From Leptolyngbya sp. (lineage in GTDB: Bacteria > Cyanobacteriota > Cyanobacteriia > Phormidesmidales > Phormidesmidaceae), in NCBI GenBank assembly GCA_040374765.1, contig JBEITR010000001.1:25422-89421 (forward strand): DNA of 64,000 nucleotides, in the 5' to 3' direction. The position numbers and the translations under genes were made by a program. The notes below the pieces were generated by a model that searched no databases, was not told the DNA's origin, and worked only from the letters and a program-made list of their open reading frames with translations. Each line of letters opens with the position of its first letter. Positions within the stretch are counted from its first letter, which is position 1. Positions 31,784 through 42,011 of the stretch are shown here, piece after piece.

Positions 31784-31913
31784 TGACAGACCTATCTCTA
31801 TCTTCTAACTCCTCTACATCGGAGCCAGAGCGATAAAGGCTTGGTTTAAACAGACAGGTCTTGGCCAGACACCCCCTACCGTGGCAAACCAGAAGTAGGA
31901 CTCACCAGCCATT

Positions 31914-32315
31914 TCAATCCTGGTTAGGTTGAAAGTTAAGGGCGGCAGAGTTAATACAATAGCGCTGCCCGGTAGGAGCCGGACCATCATTGAATACATG
32001 GCCCAGATGGGCATCACAGCGGGCACAGAGCACCTCAGTCCGAGCCATAAAGTGGCTAAGATCCCGCTTGGTTTTAAGGTTTTCAGCCTGAGCTGGGCTC
32101 CAAAAGCTGGGCCAGCCCGTACCCGAATCGTATTTAGTATCAGAGGCGAAGAGCTCGGCACCACAACACACACAGTTGTAGGTACCGGCGGCTTTATGGT
32201 CGTAATAGGCTCCGGTGAAGGCCCGTTCCGTACCATGCTTACGGGTAATCTGATATTGCTCAGCAGTGAGTTGCTGTTGCCATTCCTGGTCAGTTTTTTC
32301 AACTTTTCCCGACAT
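31914..32315 (-). CDS. msrB: Peptide methionine sulfoxide reductase B
   Basis: [29 protein letters not shown] and RYCINS motifs. Confidence 0.97.
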   Translation of the reverse strand: MSGKVEKTDQEWQQQLTAEQYQITRKHGTERAFTGAYYDHKAAGTYNCVCCGAELFASDTKYDSGTGWPSFWSPAQAENLKTKRDLSHFMARTEVLCARCDAHLGHVFNDGPAPTGQRYCINSAALNFQPNQD

Positions 32316-32355
32316 AAATCTTAACCTGTCAATTCTTCCTCCATGATAGATGAAT

Positions 32356-32462
32356 TATGACTTTGGTCGGTAGGCTAAGGAGCCGGTTAGTCGGTCAAAA
32401 CGGAGACTAGGTAGGGGGTATGACTTACCTTGAGGGGTAGGTACAGCCTTCAGTAAAAGGCT
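32356..32462 (-). repeat. Family X copy O
   Basis: 69-nt core (32356-32424) is 44/69 identical, ungapped, to 52000-52068. It is preceded by the 5' hairpin AGCCTT/AAGGCT. Confidence 0.75.
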
Positions 32463-32502
32463 TCGCCGTTGCTCCGCCCCCTGTCTACCCCGTTGTCCAG
32501 GA

Positions 32503-33576
32503 CTAAGACCTGGTAGCGTCACCATTTACCCTCGTTCCATTAGGGATGCCAGGGGTAGAAGAGCCTGTTGGAGAAAAACCAGGTGTTTGCTCAGATAGTT
32601 CTGGCCTGCTGCCATTAGCAGGCACCAGGAACGGCTGGGTTTTCATCCCCGGGGCTGGAGTGGAAACCTCAAGTCCAGTGAGGGTAATCATGGTTTCCCC
32701 TGGGCCCCTGACCTGGGAAAGGAGTCTAGAATCCGGAACCGCCGCCTGACTGTTCAGCTCCCGGGCATGGAAGCCATCGGGTCCATTGGGGAGCTTAGTG
32801 GGCGGCGTTAGGGAAGGCAGGCCCCCCTGGCGCAGGCCATAGCTCTGGTGCTGGAGAGAAGCCTCGACTACAGAGGTAGGGGTCTGGATCGGTGCAACTT
32901 GAGCAGCACCCGTAGAGCTAACAGTAGGAGTAGAGACAGCTGCCACAGGCTGAATAGATGAAAGCTTTGGGGGACTGGCTGGGGTAGGGATGGAGGCGAC
33001 AGGTGCTGATGACCGGGAGGGAACGGATGGAGTAGCCGCCGCTCCCCCATACAAGGGCCCCACAGAGGGAACAACAGCTGGTCTAACGACGGAGCGATCG
33101 ATCCGACCTAAACTCTCAGGTAGTCTAGCCACGGTAAGGGCTTCGATTCTGGTCGGTGGAGAAGGAATGGTCACCGACCTAGACCTCATCAGGACCTCCC
33201 GTTCCTGCCGTAGTTGCTTTAATCGGGCCGTAACCTGCTCAGCGGTAGGCGAGGTAATATTCAGGGCCGTAGACTCTCCCGATTGCCCCAAACTTAGGGG
33301 TAATCGCAGTTCTGGCTTGGTGGCAGAACCTGAAGCAACCGTTGCTACCTTAGCCTTAGGCTTGACCTGGGCATGCCCCTTGTCTGCAGTGGAGGATGAG
33401 TCTACCTCAGGAGCTTGGGGCTTGTGATGGTTCCAGGCTGTCAAAGTCAGCAGGCCACCGCAGGATGCCAGGGTGCAAACACGAATGGTCGAATTGTTCA
33501 TGGTCTTAATCAGATTACTTTTACCGTTCATCAGGCTAACTACGTATAAATATAGATACAGAGATATTTGGGACAA
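32503..33576 (-). CDS. Hypothetical Pro/Ser/Thr-rich protein
   Basis: 357-codon ORF filling the gap between msrB and the DMT gene, with a hydrophobic N-terminal segment and a short coiled coil. Start uncertain. Confidence 0.65.
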   Translation of the reverse strand: MSQISLYLYLYVVSLMNGKSNLIKTMNNSTIRVCTLASCGGLLTLTAWNHHKPQAPEVDSSSTADKGHAQVKPKAKVATVASGSATKPELRLPLSLGQSGESTALNITSPTAEQVTARLKQLRQEREVLMRSRSVTIPSPPTRIEALTVARLPESLGRIDRSVVRPAVVPSVGPLYGGAAATPSVPSRSSAPVASIPTPASPPKLSSIQPVAAVSTPTVSSTGAAQVAPIQTPTSVVEASLQHQSYGLRQGGLPSLTPPTKLPNGPDGFHARELNSQAAVPDSRLLSQVRGPGETMITLTGLEVSTPAPGMKTQPFLVPANGSRPELSEQTPGFSPTGSSTPGIPNGTRVNGDATRS

Positions 33577-33659
33577 TCAGAATAATCTGGCTCGTTAAGT
33601 GTGAAGATTTCCTATAAATATGGTTCCCAGGTTTACAGATATAATTGCCAGTGATGCTC

Positions 33660-34541
33660 ATGAATGGTGAATTAGCCGCCTTAGGTGCAGCCTTTCTGTG
33701 GGCAACTGCCACAATGATGTTTGGTCAGTTGGGTAAATCCCTCTCACCCCTGTTACTGAACCTGGCCAAAGGGGCGATCGCGATCGGTCTAATTCTAGTC
33801 ACCCTGCTCCTGTTAGGGCGCCCTGCCACCGGCCTGGAACCCAGGCCCATCCTGCTATTGATCCTCAGTGGCATGGTGGGCATTGGTCTGGGGGATACGG
33901 CCTATTTCACCGCCATTAACCGGATTGGAGCACGGCAGGCCTTATTACTGGAAACCCTGGCTCCAGCCATGGCAGCCGGGTTGGCCGTGATCCTATTGGG
34001 AGAAAGCATCGGTCTACAATCCTGGGCCGGTATACTACTCACCCTGGCAGGAGTTAGCTGGGTGATCAGCCAGCGTCTCCCCCAGCCAGAAGAACGTTCT
34101 CTTCAGCCCGGTGGGGGAATTGTCTATGGTGTTCTAGCCGCCCTAGGGCAGGCTACTGGGGCAGTCCTATCGAGGGCGGCCCTGGCCCACAGTCCGATCA
34201 ATCCCCTGTGGAGTTCGCTGTTGCGGCTCATCGGAGGCGGGCTGTTAATTATCGCCATTCTGGTCCGACAAGGGGAAGTCAGACAGCAGATCAGGCCCTT
34301 GCAGAATTTTAGGATCATCGCCATGGTGGGGCTGGCAGCCCTGTTGGGCACCTATCTGGCGATTTACTTGCAGCAGGTTGCCCTCAAGCATAGCGCCGCT
34401 GGCATAGCCCAGGCCCTGACCGGTACCAGTCCTTTGTTTGTGCTGCCAATGGCGGCGGCCCTCGGCGATCGGGTGAATGGGCGCACGGTAGCAGGGGTAG
34501 TTATCGCCCTGGTGGGGATGTTTCTGCTGTTTAAGAGATAG
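33660..34541 (+). CDS. DMT/EamA family transporter
   Basis: About 10 TM segments with two EamA repeats (GIGLGDTAYF, SPLFVLP). Confidence 0.9.
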   Translation: MNGELAALGAAFLWATATMMFGQLGKSLSPLLLNLAKGAIAIGLILVTLLLLGRPATGLEPRPILLLILSGMVGIGLGDTAYFTAINRIGARQALLLETLAPAMAAGLAVILLGESIGLQSWAGILLTLAGVSWVISQRLPQPEERSLQPGGGIVYGVLAALGQATGAVLSRAALAHSPINPLWSSLLRLIGGGLLIIAILVRQGEVRQQIRPLQNFRIIAMVGLAALLGTYLAIYLQQVALKHSAAGIAQALTGTSPLFVLPMAAALGDRVNGRTVAGVVIALVGMFLLFKR

Positions 34542-34549
34542 CTAGAGCC

Positions 34550-34570
34550 AGGGGATATAGCTTTGGCCAG
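34550..34570 (-). repeat. Family X partial 3' copy F
   Basis: Minus-strand CTGGCCAAAGCTATATCCCCT, 19 nt identical to 17064-17082. Confidence 0.65.
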
Positions 34571-34617
34571 CAACTTTTCACCCGTTATCCTCAGCTCCGA
34601 CTCAACCCGTCGATCCC

Positions 34618-35961
34618 CTAAAACACAAACTCTAATACAATCTGCCAGGTTTTTTCCTGGGGGTGAGGCTGAGGATTAATCTGAATGCGGCGAATAAATT
34701 CCCGAAAGAAAAAGCGTCGCTCAGTCTCCGAGAGATCCAGCCAAAATTGGGGAAGGGCCACCGACTGGGAAAGTTCTTGCAGATTAACCGGAGGCAACTG
34801 GGCTCGTTGCCGCTCAATCTGGGCAATTTCTCCCTGGAGTTTATAGCGGCGCAGGGCAGCGGTTTCTGCATCTAGCACTCCCTCCTTAACCAAACTGGGT
34901 AACTGTTGGAGAACCCTCTGCCTTTGCTCGATTTCCCGTTGTAGCTGGGTGGTAGGAGAGATGGGATTATCTCCCTGTCGGGGAGGTTGCAATTGGGCCA
35001 CCGCCTGCGGTAGGTCCTGACAGATTTGATCAATGATGGCTTTAAGCACTTGATCGTAGGGGATGGCCCGACAGCGGGGAGAATGGGGACAATGGGCTGG
35101 TCTTAAGTAGAGGTAGGCCTGGCTCCGGCCCCGGCGGGTTGTTCTAGTAATGGTGAGGCCCCCCCCACAGCGTTGGCAATGGACCAAGCCCGCCAGCGAT
35201 CGGGGGGCTCCGGCGGTACGGGAGGGCAACTGACTGTTGCGGCGCAGTAACCGATCGATTTGGGCAGCTTCGTCCCGGCTAATGATGGCCGCATGGGTAT
35301 CCCGAATTACCTGACCATCCTGGTATTGCAGATCTCCCCGATAGACCGGATGGGTGAGCCAGCGACGCCCCGTAGAGACGGCTATGGGTTTACCAAAGCG
35401 GTTGTCCACAAACCGCACAGCTCCGCGCAGCGATCCGTACAGCAAAAATTCGTTAACAAAGGCGGTAACCACCGGGGCGGTAGTGCGATCCACGAGATAA
35501 CGATCCTGCCCGCGGCGGTAGCCGTAGGGGGCTTTACCAGGGGGTGGTAGGGCCTGCAGACGATTACGGGCATGGCCCGTACGGAGCTGCCGGCGGCGCA
35601 GGCGATCGGGTAAGGCAGCCAGGGTCTGTAAACTTCCAGCCCAGTCAGGGGCTTCTGTCGCCAGACCTGGGTCAACTGCCGCTGAAGCAACATCGACGAC
35701 ACGGCTACCCATGGCTTGCAGGGCCTGGCAGAGAGCCTCGATCTCAGCCAGGCTATCTCCCAGGGACTCCAACCCCGCCACCAATACCAGATCGGCCGGA
35801 TGATGCTGGTTATCAGCCATAAGTTGGGCCAATTGGGGGCGGTAGCTGGGTTCGGCAGGCAACCGGGTATCTTCGTAGAGTCGTTCAAGAACATAGCCCC
35901 AGTTGGTGAGGGGCGGCTGAGGCTGGGAGGACTCCAGGTAGCAATAGGCAACTACGCGCAT
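34618..35961 (-). CDS. Large serine recombinase-like protein with degenerate catalytic motifs
   Basis: Resolvase-like N-domain, recombinase domain (PPGKAPYGY), zinc ribbon (HCQRCGG...CPHSPRC) and coiled coil. Confidence 0.85.
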   Translation of the reverse strand: MRVVAYCYLESSQPQPPLTNWGYVLERLYEDTRLPAEPSYRPQLAQLMADNQHHPADLVLVAGLESLGDSLAEIEALCQALQAMGSRVVDVASAAVDPGLATEAPDWAGSLQTLAALPDRLRRRQLRTGHARNRLQALPPPGKAPYGYRRGQDRYLVDRTTAPVVTAFVNEFLLYGSLRGAVRFVDNRFGKPIAVSTGRRWLTHPVYRGDLQYQDGQVIRDTHAAIISRDEAAQIDRLLRRNSQLPSRTAGAPRSLAGLVHCQRCGGGLTITRTTRRGRSQAYLYLRPAHCPHSPRCRAIPYDQVLKAIIDQICQDLPQAVAQLQPPRQGDNPISPTTQLQREIEQRQRVLQQLPSLVKEGVLDAETAALRRYKLQGEIAQIERQRAQLPPVNLQELSQSVALPQFWLDLSETERRFFFREFIRRIQINPQPHPQEKTWQIVLEFVF

Positions 35962-35963
35962 AG

Positions 35964-36013
35964 TTTAGAACGCCTGCTGAAGGGACTCTCGCAAGGCCAG
36001 AGCTATCCATACC
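35964..36013 (+). repeat. Family X collapsed copy V
   Basis: TTTAGAACGCCTGC...ACTCT...GGCCAGAGCTATCCATACC. The tail differs from that of copy D at only 2 of 19 positions. Confidence 0.6.
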
Positions 36014-36188
36014 CCGGTGTGAGCAGCCAGTTAGGTAGGAATCTAATCCCTTTTCCTCTCACTATAGCTGGAGCTACGGGTAAGGGATCAGCAAGGGGGG
36101 TGGCCGTAGGGATTTAATCTAAAGCAGAGATTACCCTACTACCTCGTGACCATGGCAAGATAGGGAAGTAGGTTAGGGGACATCTCTG

Positions 36189-37151
36189 GTGCAGATTACA
36201 TTTCTAGGAACCAGCTCTGGCGTACCAACCCGGTCTCGCAACGTCTCCAGTGTGGCTTTGCGGTTACCCCAGCGAAGTGAAGTTTGGTTGTTTGACTGCG
36301 GCGAGGGTACCCAGCACCAATTTCTGCGCAGTGAGTTTAAATCCAGCCAGATTCGCCGTATTTTTATTACCCACATGCACGGCGACCATATTTTTGGTCT
36401 GATGGGGTTACTGGCCAGTTGTGGGTTGGCGGGTAATCGCCAGCAATGCATCGATATCTATGGTCCCAAGCCTCTGAATGATTATTTACAGGCCTGTCGA
36501 CGGTATTCCCATACCCACTTTAGCCTGCCCATTAAGGTCCATGGGGTGGAGCCTGGCCTGGTTTTTGAGGATAGGGAATATCGGGTGATGTGCGATCGCC
36601 TGGAGCACCGCATTCCTGCCTACGGCTATCGGGTAGAGGAGCGGGATCGACCTGGTCACTTCGATGTTAAACGGGCCGAGGCTTTGGGCATTCCCCCCGG
36701 TCCCATCTATGGTCAACTCAAGCAGGGTCTACAGGTAACCCTGCCCAATGGGCGTAAAGTAAATGGGGCCGACCTCTGTGGGCCTGACCTGGTGGGGCGT
36801 AAACTGGTCTACTGTACCGATACCATTTACTGCGATCGCTCCGTTGCCCTGGCCCACCAGGCTGATGTTTTAATTCACGAAGCCACCTTTGCCCACCAGG
36901 ATGCTGGATTGGCCTACGAGCGCCTCCATTCCACTTCCACCATGGCTGCCCAGGTAGCCCTTGGGGCTCAGGTGAGGCAGCTAATTATGACCCACTTCAG
37001 TCCCCGCTACGCCCCTGGCAACGATATTCAACTGAGCGATCTACTGACGGAAGCCCAGGCAATTTTTCCCAGTACCACCATGGCCCACGACTTTATGATC
37101 TATAACATTTTGCGCCAGGAGGAAAAAACCTTGCTATCTTCAGCTTCGTAG
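36189..37151 (+). CDS. rnz: Ribonuclease Z
   Basis: [34 protein letters not shown] and THFSPRY motifs. Confidence 0.96.
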   Translation: MQITFLGTSSGVPTRSRNVSSVALRLPQRSEVWLFDCGEGTQHQFLRSEFKSSQIRRIFITHMHGDHIFGLMGLLASCGLAGNRQQCIDIYGPKPLNDYLQACRRYSHTHFSLPIKVHGVEPGLVFEDREYRVMCDRLEHRIPAYGYRVEERDRPGHFDVKRAEALGIPPGPIYGQLKQGLQVTLPNGRKVNGADLCGPDLVGRKLVYCTDTIYCDRSVALAHQADVLIHEATFAHQDAGLAYERLHSTSTMAAQVALGAQVRQLIMTHFSPRYAPGNDIQLSDLLTEAQAIFPSTTMAHDFMIYNILRQEEKTLLSSAS

Positions 37152-37594
37152 GAGCTTCTAGGAGTCGGGATAGATTGACCTTGAATACGGCTGAGGCGTT
37201 GCCGAACCTGGCTGAGTTGACGTTGGTCATCAACGGCGCCACGGGGGACTGGAATATCCTGATTAGGCCAGGTCAGCAGATCATGGCAGGGACAGGGAAA
37301 GGAACTTAGTCCCAAGGTCGGGATAGACACCGGCATGGTGCAGCGGGCGCAGTCCTTGACATCCCAAGCAGGGGAGAGCATGGCGGCAATGGTCTGGATC
37401 GTACCCTTGAGGTAGCAATCTTTACCCTGGGTAACCATGATTTGATCCCAGCAATTTTCAAAGTCTTGACTGTAACCACCCTGGGAAAAAACCGGGCAGG
37501 GCAAGTAATCTCCCCGATCTCCAGGCAGTACCACAGGCTTACCTAACTGAAACCAATGGGCTAAAAAATCCCGGACCTGCGCTTCAGATGCCAT
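37100..37594 (-). CDS. Conserved cyanobacterial hypothetical protein with Cys motifs
   Basis: [19 protein letters not shown] and PCPC motifs. 3' end overlaps rnz by 52 nt. Confidence 0.75.
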   Translation of the reverse strand: MASEAQVRDFLAHWFQLGKPVVLPGDRGDYLPCPVFSQGGYSQDFENCWDQIMVTQGKDCYLKGTIQTIAAMLSPAWDVKDCARCTMPVSIPTLGLSSFPCPCHDLLTWPNQDIPVPRGAVDDQRQLSQVRQRLSRIQGQSIPTPRSSYEAEDSKVFSSWRKML

Positions 37595-37863
37595 AGTTGT
37601 ATACCGTAGGTGAGGAGAGGGTTTCTATTGATGGCCCCATCCTAGCCTGTTTAATAACTGGCGGGTTCTATCTATACCCATTCTTTCTAAAGTCTCCAGG
37701 TTTGGCCCCTAAGACCCTGTTGTCCCGAATCGGCAGGTTAAAATAATGTAGGATTTTGGTCAAAACTGCGAAGATTCAGTTAACGAATCAACTCCCAGGT
37801 CTGGGTAGCCTCCCTTGCTACCCCTTACCTATAGCTTCAAGAATTTCCTAATCTTTCCCAGCC

Positions 37864-38265
37864 ATGAGTGAAAACACTGTCACCGTCAATCGGGCTGAGT
37901 TGCAAGCCCTAAACGACCAACTTTCTAAACGCTTTATCAAGCTTGATCCAGGAGGCTACTTTCTAATTTACCTGGATGAGCAGCGGGGCCTAATTTGCGC
38001 CAAGCATTTTACCAACACCATTAACGATCTAGGACTGGCCTGCGATCCCACCACCGGTCAACCCTTACCGGTGCGTGGTACTGTCCAACGAGAGGCTACT
38101 CGAGTCTACAGCGGCCGAACCGCTAAGGAACTTTGCATCGCTATTTTTGAAGATCCCCAGCAGCCCTGTCCCATTACCTTACTGGACCATGCCGCCTACC
38201 TGGGACGGGAGTTTATGCGGGCAGAGGCGGCCCTGGTAACTGGAACCGCCTACGTGCAGGATTAA
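37864..38265 (+). CDS. DUF4346 domain protein
   Basis: IKLDPGGYFLIY and DHAAYLGREF motifs. Confidence 0.8.
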   Translation: MSENTVTVNRAELQALNDQLSKRFIKLDPGGYFLIYLDEQRGLICAKHFTNTINDLGLACDPTTGQPLPVRGTVQREATRVYSGRTAKELCIAIFEDPQQPCPITLLDHAAYLGREFMRAEAALVTGTAYVQD

Positions 38266-38271
38266 AAAAAC

Positions 38272-39945
38272 CTAGGTCTGGGGCCATTCCTCCTGGGCCT
38301 CTTCCCGGGTGTTGGTGCGGCGATCGGGAGTTTGGCGATCGAAGGTCATATGAATGGAGCGATTTTGCTCCCCGTCCACGGCCACCGCCATAATCGGATA
38401 CTCTAGGTGACCATCGGGGAAGGCAGCCTGAAACCGGAAGGTGCCCTCAGAGGTCAACTGGATGGGCTCACCCCTAACGGTGACTGTGGCATCGGGCTCA
38501 GTGGCGCCGTAGACGATCAGTTCAGCATCCGCCACCAACCAAAATTGCCGGGGACGAAGGGGGGGCATGGAGGCGGCGAGGCCTACCCCAGACAGGGTAA
38601 GACCGGAAACATTTAGGCCGACTCCCGACAAGTTAGGGCCGACTCCGGACAGGGTGGGTAGGGCCGCCATCCCTACACCAGAGGCAAAGACGTAGGAGCT
38701 GACGCCCTGACCCGGAGCCATGGAGGCCGGAACATGCTGCATGGAACCAAACACAGAACCCGCTATGCGTTCCCATTCCGCCAGCTGGGAGAGGGCGTAG
38801 AGCTGCTCATGGAGTCCGACCCCATACCCCTTCGAACGAGGCTTAACCAGGGTCATCAGGGTCTTATCCCGCAGATTTTCTTCCCAGTTAATCGTCATAA
38901 AATGGTCTTCATTCCAGTCGGAGGGATAGACCGGGGGAACCCGCACCGTATTGGACCGGGCCAGAACCAGCCAGCGACCATCCGCCGCCAGGTAACCAAT
39001 TTCCACCTGGTAATCGCGATCGCTGATGGGAATGGATAGATACCACTGCCGGGCCAGTTCGTCACAGTCAAACTGTTGCATGCTGTGGGGAGCCTGCTGG
39101 GTCAGGTCAACATCAGTGACATCAAACAGCCGCAGAGCCAATCGCTCTCCCCCCTGACGGCGCAGTTCCTCTTTATGGCCGTTAGAGATATCCCAGTAGA
39201 CATAGGCCCACTGAGGATCGCGGGGCATGAGAATAATGCGGCTTTCACTATAGCCGTCGGGCAAGGGCGGTAGCCCATCATCCAGGGTAGAGAGGTCAAG
39301 GTTTCTATCTACCGGATGGCCAACCACATTAAACTTAGCAGCCTCAATGGCGGATTGGTCTTCTGTGCCGGCCAGGGAGGCCGCCGCCCTGGCGGCCAAC
39401 TGATCGACTGTGGCGGAGGGCGAATCTAAAGTGCCAGGGAATTCAGTAGTGGTGATCGGGGCAGATTCCAGGATGGGCTCGGGAGAAGGAGTCTCTGCGG
39501 TAGTCGGATAATCGGAGCTAACCACTGGCTCGGTGGAGGACGGGGATGGCGAGTCAGTGCCTGACCGACGGGCTAGCCACCAGGCTAGAGCGCCGGAGGA
39601 ACCAGCCACAGGAAGCAGCCACCACCAGGGAAAGCCAGGCGGCGGGGATGGCGATGGGGCGGGTGTTTGAGCCACCAGGGGAAAGGCTTGAGAAGGAGGG
39701 GATATCGCCACCCATGGTCCAGGGCCAGAACCCAATCTATGCTCTAGGGCCTGAATATCAACCGCCAGGGCAGGAGCAGCTGCCATAGCCAGGGTGGGGC
39801 TAACCGGGATCACCTGGGACGCTGCTCGGTTAGGGGAAGGCTGGGCTACCAGACTCAATAGGGGCGATGCCAGTGCCTTAGTACTGGTCTGGGCGCTACC
39901 CACAAGGATAACTGCGGCAAGGAAGATTCTGGCGGAATACGGCAT
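38272..39945 (-). CDS. DUF4912 domain protein with N-terminal signal and TM extension
   Basis: LPDGYSESRIILMPRDPQWAYVYW and RQFWLVADAELIVYGATEP motifs. Confidence 0.85.
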   Translation of the reverse strand: MPYSARIFLAAVILVGSAQTSTKALASPLLSLVAQPSPNRAASQVIPVSPTLAMAAAPALAVDIQALEHRLGSGPGPWVAISPPSQAFPLVAQTPAPSPSPPPGFPWWWLLPVAGSSGALAWWLARRSGTDSPSPSSTEPVVSSDYPTTAETPSPEPILESAPITTTEFPGTLDSPSATVDQLAARAAASLAGTEDQSAIEAAKFNVVGHPVDRNLDLSTLDDGLPPLPDGYSESRIILMPRDPQWAYVYWDISNGHKEELRRQGGERLALRLFDVTDVDLTQQAPHSMQQFDCDELARQWYLSIPISDRDYQVEIGYLAADGRWLVLARSNTVRVPPVYPSDWNEDHFMTINWEENLRDKTLMTLVKPRSKGYGVGLHEQLYALSQLAEWERIAGSVFGSMQHVPASMAPGQGVSSYVFASGVGMAALPTLSGVGPNLSGVGLNVSGLTLSGVGLAASMPPLRPRQFWLVADAELIVYGATEPDATVTVRGEPIQLTSEGTFRFQAAFPDGHLEYPIMAVAVDGEQNRSIHMTFDRQTPDRRTNTREEAQEEWPQT

Positions 39946-40044
39946 CGTATCGATTACATCAAAGGGACTTCTTCAGGGATAAGCCAATTATCAGTAATGA
40001 ACATAGATAATTACGCTCAACTATCGCAGTATTTGCCGGGGGAG

Positions 40045-41799
40045 TCAATAATTCTGGTGGAAGCCATGGTTGACTTCCACTAGGGTTGGGGAGAGGGGCT
40101 GACCCAGTTGATCAAGGCGATTGGCGGGCATGGTGAGGTAGAGAATATCTCCCTCTACCAGAGTAACTTCCAGCAGATCATAGCCATGCAAGGTACGGCC
40201 ATGGGTCTCGATATAGAGGGGGACCAGGTGGGCAGTTTGGGCTACGGTTTGAATAGATTGGTTGACAAAGGGATGGTGAGGGGTAATCAGCGTCGCGATC
40301 GCCACCCAGAGTAAATCTCCGGACAGGCCGTTGCCCAGGATTCGCCCCCCTAGGGCTGCCGCCGCAAAAGCAGGGGCGGCCAGATCCATAGGACTCAAAA
40401 CCTGATCAAACTCAAACACCTGTTGCACCTGCTGGGCAAATTCAGCATCGTAAATCCGCACCACCGCCGGCACCCTGGCCGTAATACTGCGAGCGGTGAG
40501 GGCAATTTCCAGGTTCACCGTATCATCGCTGGTAACTACCAAAATCGCCTGAGCCGAAGCCAGGTTAACCGCTTCTAAGGTGGAAGCCAGGGTAGCATCA
40601 CCCACAATAACCGGTATTTTCAAGCCCTGCACGGCAGGTAAAAACCGGTTATGACTATCCTGTTCCACCACCACCACCTGGTGTCCGGTCTCCTGCAAAT
40701 GGGTAGCAATCCGGTATCCGACTCCGCCTAAACCACAAATAATAAAATGGTGCTGCCGGGGCATGCGGGCTACGCTCCACAGGCTCTGTAAATGGGACCC
40801 CAGGATAAAGTCGTTAAGCAGGGCGTAGCAAATACCAATCACCCCTGCCCCGACCAACATCATAATTACCGTAAATACCTTGATGGTTCCAGGTGCTTTT
40901 TCCGCTATCTGCTCCTGTCCCCCAGCTCCGGTAATCATACCCACGGAAAAATAGAGAGCATCCACCCAACTGGTGCTGAGGTCCTGCCCCAGATAGGTGA
41001 AGGTAGCAATGGTAATGGTAACCAGCAAGGCTAGAATCACCAGCAAGGTAGCCTGAGCCCGGCGGCGACCATGGTCCAGGGCCACCAGTAATCGCTGCCA
41101 GAACTGAAGGATCTGGCGCGACGGTAGCATGGGCTTTTGGGGTTGGAGAGCCAGCACCAGGCGATCGCCGGATTTCAGCACCTCTCCGGTAACCACCGCC
41201 GTCACCAGATCTACCGTACTCTGGGCCGATTGGTAGTAAATCAGTAGTTGGGAGCGATTGTCCCAGAGGTTTTTTAGGGGCTTACCATACCAAGGGTGGG
41301 TAACATCAATCACCTCTTCGTACATGGGCCAGGTCAGATCAAACAGCCGTAGTTGGCCAATCGCTGGATTACCCTTGGCGGCAAAGGTAAACAGGGGGGC
41401 CGCCAAGGCGGCGGCACTGAGGGTAATGTGGTCCGGTAGGGTGTGATCCAGTCGTTCCCCCAAGCTGATATTAAACAGCCGGTTAATAATTCGCAGGTTG
41501 GGATTGAGCACGCGGGCCTGGGTCAGAATGGCCAGGTTGAGGGCGTCGTCGGAGGTGCTCAAGACCAGGGTATGGGCGTGGTGAATACCAGCCTGCAAGA
41601 GGGTGGCGGGGGATCGCAAATCCCCCACCACCACATCCTCCACATCCATGGCTAAGGGATGATAGCTAATCCCCACCACATGGGCTCCCTGCTGACGTAG
41701 CAAGGCTAGAATCCGTAAGCCAGTCCGTCCCAAACCACAAACAATAATTTGGGGTTGGCAAGTATTTTCTGTAGCAACTAACGGGGACGTTAAAGTCAT
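40045..41799 (-). CDS. Channel-like protein with two TrkA-N/RCK domains
   Basis: GLGRTG and GLGGVG Rossmann motifs flanking a TM-pore-TM module (DALYFSVGMITGAGG). Confidence 0.87.
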   Translation of the reverse strand: MTLTSPLVATENTCQPQIIVCGLGRTGLRILALLRQQGAHVVGISYHPLAMDVEDVVVGDLRSPATLLQAGIHHAHTLVLSTSDDALNLAILTQARVLNPNLRIINRLFNISLGERLDHTLPDHITLSAAALAAPLFTFAAKGNPAIGQLRLFDLTWPMYEEVIDVTHPWYGKPLKNLWDNRSQLLIYYQSAQSTVDLVTAVVTGEVLKSGDRLVLALQPQKPMLPSRQILQFWQRLLVALDHGRRRAQATLLVILALLVTITIATFTYLGQDLSTSWVDALYFSVGMITGAGGQEQIAEKAPGTIKVFTVIMMLVGAGVIGICYALLNDFILGSHLQSLWSVARMPRQHHFIICGLGGVGYRIATHLQETGHQVVVVEQDSHNRFLPAVQGLKIPVIVGDATLASTLEAVNLASAQAILVVTSDDTVNLEIALTARSITARVPAVVRIYDAEFAQQVQQVFEFDQVLSPMDLAAPAFAAAALGGRILGNGLSGDLLWVAIATLITPHHPFVNQSIQTVAQTAHLVPLYIETHGRTLHGYDLLEVTLVEGDILYLTMPANRLDQLGQPLSPTLVEVNHGFHQNY

Positions 41800-42011
41800 A
41801 GCTATAGAAATAGCAATAGTCTCACCAAGACTGTTGTAGTAACAGATGCCTTGTTGTAAAAATTAGTCTTTATTTCTGGCTGAGTCCAGAATTCAAAGTT
41901 AAATATCATTACGGAAAAAATCGTTAACCTCCACCGGTAAAAGCGCGATCTGGCAGGGGAATAGCTAGGTCCAGGACTGGAGATGCAGTCCTGACTGAAC
42001 CCGTTAGCTTC

